Source: an uncultured Candidatus Poseidoniales archaeon (GTDB taxonomy: Archaea; Thermoplasmatota; Poseidoniia; Poseidoniales; Thalassarchaeaceae). From it: a DNA stretch of 52,659 nt. Positions 48,037 to 52,659 of this stretch are shown one piece after another (position 1 is the first letter of the stretch; each line of letters begins with the position of its first letter). Both the position numbers and the translations under genes were made by a program. The notes under the pieces were generated by a model. The model was not told where the DNA came from, did no database searches, and saw only the letters and a list, made by a program, of their open reading frames with translations. The stretch spans positions 1 to 52,659 of the forward strand of contig CACGIM010000004.1 of the NCBI GenBank assembly GCA_902573115.1, given 5' to 3'.

Positions 48037-48948
48037 ATGGGATTAAGCGAGGTCTTAGAGTTCGTGAAGGTTGAACATACTCTTTTTTCACTACCTTTCG
48101 TTCTAATCGGTTTCGTTCTTGCAGACAATGAATTTGGGTCAGAAAATCTCGACATAGTCTGGATTGTCATAGCTGCAGTCGGGGCGAGAGGTCTAGCGAT
48201 GGCTCTGAACAGAATCATTGATAGGCAAATAGACGCAGATAACCCTCGAACGGCTACGAGGCATTTACCAGCAGGGACGATGTCTACTCAATCTGCTTGG
48301 ATATTAGCATCAGTATTCCTTGCAATGCTCCTTCTCGCAGCATGGAGTTTAAATCACGTAGCACTAAAGATGTCTTGGTTACCGGTTATAGCATTCGCGA
48401 TATATCCCTATACGAAGAGATTCTCGTGGATTTGTCACTTCTGGATAGGGTTCTGTTTGGCACTAGCTCCGGCGGGTGCATGGGTCGCAGTAGCTGCCGA
48501 CACCCATGGATGGGCAGCGATAACTGGTGCTATGGATGGGGGAAGGGATTTCTTGTGGTTCCCAGAGCTCTTCTTTGTCTCTTTGGGAGTCGCGTTGTGG
48601 ATTTCTGCGTTTGACTTGAACTATGCCCTTATGGATATGGAAGTGGATAGGGACCAGGGGATTCACTCCTTCCCTGCAACTCATGGCGAGTCGGCTACAA
48701 TGAAATTGAGTGTTTTGCTGACATTAGGTTGGTTAGCGAGCTTCCTTATCAGTGGAGTAGGTGATCCAGTGTTATGGTTTCCAACAGTATGTGTAATGGC
48801 TTTTCTAAACCTTTACATCGTAACGATAAGAGCTTCTAATGCACAATCATCGGTTCAAGATATGAAGAGCTTTCAGAGGGACTTGTTCAGAGGATCCATG
48901 TTGACGGGATGGTTTTTACTGGGCAGTCTTGGATTAATGGTCTTCTGA
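48037..48948 (+). CDS. UbiA-family aromatic polyprenyltransferase (MqnP-like)
   Basis: Motifs KVEHTLFSLPF, AMALNRIIDRQIDADNPRTATRHLP, YPYTKRF and FDLNYALMD..VD...GIHSFP. Confidence 0.88.
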   Translation: MGLSEVLEFVKVEHTLFSLPFVLIGFVLADNEFGSENLDIVWIVIAAVGARGLAMALNRIIDRQIDADNPRTATRHLPAGTMSTQSAWILASVFLAMLLLAAWSLNHVALKMSWLPVIAFAIYPYTKRFSWICHFWIGFCLALAPAGAWVAVAADTHGWAAITGAMDGGRDFLWFPELFFVSLGVALWISAFDLNYALMDMEVDRDQGIHSFPATHGESATMKLSVLLTLGWLASFLISGVGDPVLWFPTVCVMAFLNLYIVTIRASNAQSSVQDMKSFQRDLFRGSMLTGWFLLGSLGLMVF

Positions 48949-48972
48949 CGGAGAGTATTTTGAGGGTATAAG

Positions 48973-51240
48973 ATGTTCAAGCTACATTCAGAATACGACA
49001 CGGCAGGCGATCAAAAGCAGGCTATTGAGCAGTTGGTAAGTCAAATAGACGCTGGTCAGGAAAGATGCATTCTCCTAGGTGTTACTGGTTCCGGTAAGAC
49101 CTTCGCTATGGCAAAGGTGATTGAGAGTCTACAGTTACCAACTCTAATTCTCTCGCATAATAAGACTCTAGCGAGGCAAATATGGCAGGAGATGTCAGGC
49201 CTTTTTCCAGAGAACTCAGTTGAGTACTTCGTCAGTTACTACGATTACTACCAACCGGAGGCATACATACCTGGCAGGGATTTGTACATAGACAAGGAGC
49301 TTCAACTTAACGAAAGGATAGAGCAGGAGCGTTTCTCGACAGTTGCTTCTTTGGTTTCTAAGCCTGATGTAATCACAATAGGGACAGTCTCCACAATTTA
49401 CGGTTTAAATCCCCCCGAGGTATTCCAACAAAACCATCTAAGGTTGCACGTGGGTCAAAAATCTGATCCTCAGGAAGTGATAAGAGACCTGGTTGGGCTC
49501 CAGTATAGAAGAACAGCCGGAGAAATAGTAAGGGGAGATGTGAGACTCAGGGGAGAGGTACTCGACGTCTGGATGCCAAGTCGCGATGATCCAATCAGGA
49601 TTAAATTCGGATGGGAGGGGGTTGAGAGGATACAAGTTTGTGAAGCCGTGTCTTGGGAGCCTCTGGATGAGTTTGAGGAAGCATGGATTCACCCGAGAGA
49701 ATTCTACATGACTGGTGAGGAAAATTTCAATCAAGCTTTAGATGATATCGAAAAAGAGCTAGATAAAAGGGTTGATTGGTTTGAGTCAAAAGACAAAGCA
49801 ATAGAGGCGCACAGGCTAGAGCAACGTACCAGATTCGACCTGGAGATGCTCAAGGAGATTGGTTCATGCAAGGGGGTTGAAAACTACTCCATGCATTTCG
49901 ACAGAAGAGTCAGGGGCGAGAGGTCTTACTGTTTGCTAGATTTCTTCTCCAGTAATGCTGATCAGTTTCACGGAGGTCCTGATCAATATCTCGTGATTAT
50001 GGATGAGTCCCATGTAACACTCCCCCAGGTAGGCGGTATGCATGGAGGGGACTTTTCAAGGAAGAAGAATCTCGTCGATTTTGGATTTAGGTTACCTTCC
50101 GCGTATGACAATCGTCCACTAAGGGTTGATGAGTTTCAGAAGCTAGTCCCCCAGATGATCTATGTTAGCGCGACGCCCGGAGAGAGAGAGCTTCGCCATT
50201 TGGCAGAGGTAACAGGTCAAGAGGTCCCAGAAGAGCTCCTGCACATTGATGGTGGTGGCGGTGCGAATAAATCAGACAGAAAGAAGGTGGGTACAAACAA
50301 CAGTATGGAGAATATGCTCGAAAGAATTGAAGGGATCTCAAAGATGGAAATTCGACCAACTGGGCTACTGGACCCTAGGATAGAGGTTAGGTCAACAGAA
50401 GGACAAGTTCAGGACTTATTGAGCGAGATCAATGAAAGGGTAGAGAGAAAAGAAAGAGTCTTGGTAACTGTAATGACGATTAAGTTTGCAGAAGAAGTTT
50501 CAGACTACTTGGAAAGAATGGGAGTCAAGGCTCACTATCTTCACAGTGAGATTGATACTCTTGAGAGGACTGAGATAATTAAGGCACTTAGACTTGGGAT
50601 TATCGATGTGATAGTTGGAATAAATCTACTCAGAGAGGGTCTGGATATCCCCGAAGTATCCCTAGTTGCAATCTTTGATGCTGATAAACAGGGATTCCTT
50701 AGGAACGAGAGGTCGCTACTGCAGACAATTGGGAGAGCATCAAGAAACTCAAATGGATCTGTTATCCTGTATGGAGATTCGGTTTCACCGGCAATGGAAT
50801 CAGCAATAAGCCAGACCGTCAGGAGGAGAAGCCTTCAGAATAAGTACAACGAAGAGTACGGCATATCTCCCAAGACTATAGAAAAGCCCTTGCCAGTGAT
50901 GGGTTCGGAAATCGAAGATCTGCTTTCCGGAGTTGCTGGAACAGGAACTGGTGGAGGTAGGAGGATGGTTGCCAAGGCACCCGGAAAGAGAGGCCTCGAG
51001 GGTATGGCTGAGAAATTCAGATTGGGAGCTGGGGTATGGAACACTTCTGATTCAGTTCTGGAAAACGTCAGTCAGCCACAATGGGTTGATGAAGATGAGA
51101 TAGACAATGTAGACGGGGATATTAGCAATCTGATCTCGCGACTAGAGAGAGAGATGCACCAGGCTGCAGATAGACTTGACTTTGAGAGAGCTGCTAATCT
51201 AAGGGACAGGATCTTCAAACTTCAGAATGCGACCAATTGA
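48973..51240 (+). CDS. uvrB: Excinuclease ABC subunit B
   Basis: GVTGSGKT, HNKTLARQ, YFVSYYDYYQPEAY, DESH, SATPG, GINLLREGLDIPEV, QTIGRASRN and a C-terminal UVR domain. Confidence 0.97.
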   Translation: MFKLHSEYDTAGDQKQAIEQLVSQIDAGQERCILLGVTGSGKTFAMAKVIESLQLPTLILSHNKTLARQIWQEMSGLFPENSVEYFVSYYDYYQPEAYIPGRDLYIDKELQLNERIEQERFSTVASLVSKPDVITIGTVSTIYGLNPPEVFQQNHLRLHVGQKSDPQEVIRDLVGLQYRRTAGEIVRGDVRLRGEVLDVWMPSRDDPIRIKFGWEGVERIQVCEAVSWEPLDEFEEAWIHPREFYMTGEENFNQALDDIEKELDKRVDWFESKDKAIEAHRLEQRTRFDLEMLKEIGSCKGVENYSMHFDRRVRGERSYCLLDFFSSNADQFHGGPDQYLVIMDESHVTLPQVGGMHGGDFSRKKNLVDFGFRLPSAYDNRPLRVDEFQKLVPQMIYVSATPGERELRHLAEVTGQEVPEELLHIDGGGGANKSDRKKVGTNNSMENMLERIEGISKMEIRPTGLLDPRIEVRSTEGQVQDLLSEINERVERKERVLVTVMTIKFAEEVSDYLERMGVKAHYLHSEIDTLERTEIIKALRLGIIDVIVGINLLREGLDIPEVSLVAIFDADKQGFLRNERSLLQTIGRASRNSNGSVILYGDSVSPAMESAISQTVRRRSLQNKYNEEYGISPKTIEKPLPVMGSEIEDLLSGVAGTGTGGGRRMVAKAPGKRGLEGMAEKFRLGAGVWNTSDSVLENVSQPQWVDEDEIDNVDGDISNLISRLEREMHQAADRLDFERAANLRDRIFKLQNATN

Positions 51241-51264
51241 AGGCATGTGCACAGTGCGGAGTAC

Positions 51265-52260
51265 ATGGTTAGATACTCGCGAGATGATTTTGATGTCCCG
51301 GTAGAGGATTATGAATTCTCCAAGGTTTCCGATGTCAGATCTCTGATTGATCAGATGGGTAAGGCGGGCGGTTTCACAGCATCCAAGCTAGCCCAATCAA
51401 GGGATATTCTTAGGCATGCAATTTCTAAGTCGAAACAAAACAGGATTCTGAATTGGCTATCGTTCCCTGCTTGCCTGTGCGCAACAGGGACTCGTGGATT
51501 CTTCGTTGAGGCGATCAGAAGGAAGGCCTACAACGTTGTGATTACTACTTGCGGAACTCTGGATCACGATATTGCTCGAACTTACCGGGAATACTTCCAC
51601 GGTGATTTCACTCTCGATGACGTAGCTCTAGGTGAAGAAGGGTTGAATCGACTTGGCAATGTCGTGGTCCCAAACGAATGTTATGGAGAAATCCTTGAGC
51701 GTGTCGTTCTTCCATGGTTAGAGGAAATAGAGGAAGAGCGTAAGAAGAATGACCAAGAGAATCCTTGGTTAGGGTTTGGTTCCGTGGAATTGTGCTGGTC
51801 CCTTGGTGACAGGATAGAAGATGAAACGTCAATACTTCACTGGGTGGCTAAGCATAGGATACCCATGGTAATACCCGGGCTAACAGACGGATCGATAGGC
51901 TCACAGTTATTCATGCATAGACAAAGGAGCCCTAGATTCATGGTGGATGTTTTAGCCGACGAACAGGTTCTTTCCGACCTAATATGGGATGCCGAAGAAA
52001 GTCATGGGTTGATGGTTGGGGGTGGGATCTCTAAACATCATGTAATCTGGTGGAACCAGTTCAGGGAAGAGGCTGGGATGGATTCAGCGGTATCGATCAC
52101 GACGGCGCCTGAATTTGACGGGTCATTGTCGGGAGCTAGGTTGAGAGAAGCGGTTTCTTGGGGAAAGATTAGGCCTAATGCACCACAAATGGTTCTGGAG
52201 GGAGAAGCAAGTCTGATTCTGCCTATCCTTGGAAGTGATCTATTTGCCCAAACTAGTTGA
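51265..52260 (+). CDS. dys: Deoxyhypusine synthase
   Basis: Motifs NRLGNVVVP, DGSIG, GGGISKHH and DGSLSGA..EAVSWGKI (catalytic Lys present). Confidence 0.93.
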   Translation: MVRYSRDDFDVPVEDYEFSKVSDVRSLIDQMGKAGGFTASKLAQSRDILRHAISKSKQNRILNWLSFPACLCATGTRGFFVEAIRRKAYNVVITTCGTLDHDIARTYREYFHGDFTLDDVALGEEGLNRLGNVVVPNECYGEILERVVLPWLEEIEEERKKNDQENPWLGFGSVELCWSLGDRIEDETSILHWVAKHRIPMVIPGLTDGSIGSQLFMHRQRSPRFMVDVLADEQVLSDLIWDAEESHGLMVGGGISKHHVIWWNQFREEAGMDSAVSITTAPEFDGSLSGARLREAVSWGKIRPNAPQMVLEGEASLILPILGSDLFAQTS

Positions 52261-52303
52261 GTCAAACAAGAATCCCTAATAGTTTCAATGATCTCCGGGA
52301 TTT

Positions 52304-52480
52304 ATGGGAGTTAGGGGTACTATTCAAGAAATGATCAATGAGCTAGTAGATGCAATTCCAGATGCTGAAAAGTTTGACTCCGGTAACAAAGCCGCAGGAA
52401 CTCGAATTAGAAAGCTAATGCAATCCTGTAAAGTCAGGGCCCAGGAGCTTAGGAAACAAATTCTCAATAAGAATCGATGA
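52304..52480 (+). CDS. Histone H1-like Hc1-family small basic protein (58 aa; not in the ORF track)
   Basis: Translated by hand: MGVRGTIQEMINELVDAIPDAEKFDSGNKAAGTRIRKLMQSCKVRAQELRKQILNKNR. DAEKF..GNKAAGTR.RK...ELRK resembles the Hc1 core. Confidence 0.78.
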   Translation: MGVRGTIQEMINELVDAIPDAEKFDSGNKAAGTRIRKLMQSCKVRAQELRKQILNKNR

Positions 52481-52484
52481 TGGT

Positions 52485-52659
52485 CTACTCCAAGCTAGCG
52501 ATGACCTCCATCAAAGAAGTTCGCAATGGCACTAAAGGATGCCAGCCCTCCCCCCCAGAGTCGATAAGAGCACGGTGGAGACTCTGAAAATCAGGTCCAG
52601 AAGTACTTCCAGAATCAATCCCCCTGACTGGACTGGGTATGTTAGAAAGTGACTCTTTG
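52485..52659 (-). CDS. 3' end of a gene extending beyond the window
   Basis: Open frame ...DFQSLHRALIDSGGEGWHPLVPLRTSLMEVIASLE*; GWxPxxxL is reminiscent of extended-SDR epimerase C-termini. Confidence 0.5.
   Translation of the reverse strand, partial: KESLSNIPSPVRGIDSGSTSGPDFQSLHRALIDSGGEGWHPLVPLRTSLMEVIASLE

Noticed and set aside
48037-48948. UbiA as the archaeal lipid DGGGP synthase because a GGR is nearby
   Set aside because: The KVEHTLFSLPF and NPRTATRHLP motifs and coupling to a UbiD decarboxylase fit a quinone prenyltransferase better.

Overview
Gene-dense archaeal chromosomal segment. RadA, Hel308, Cgi121, Cdc48/VAT, Hjc, MC1, deoxyhypusine synthase and an A1-U72 initiator tRNA occur alongside bacterial-type UvrB, many peptidases and acidic surface proteins. 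This mix best fits a Marine Group II euryarchaeote (Ca. Poseidoniales), which is an inference. I find about 40 CDS and two tRNAs (iMet-CAT, Gly-CCC), with no rRNA, CRISPR array, integrase or transposase. Points of most interest: (1) a mycobacterial Sdh1-like (type F) succinate dehydrogenase operon whose anchor keeps candidate Cys/His ligands for a membrane [2Fe-2S] cluster; (2) a 58-aa Hc1 histone-H1-like ORF missing from the ORF track, in a window that also encodes MC1; (3) hel308 split by one extra C in a C9 tract; (4) a co-oriented cdc48 / PRC-barrel / DUF4350-like / DUF58 / membrane protein run with no MoxR; (5) a higher-GC block around ccmF; (6) repeated operator-like motifs upstream of radA and of an orphan membrane protein. 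All family calls come from motif recognition by eye; no database searches were run.
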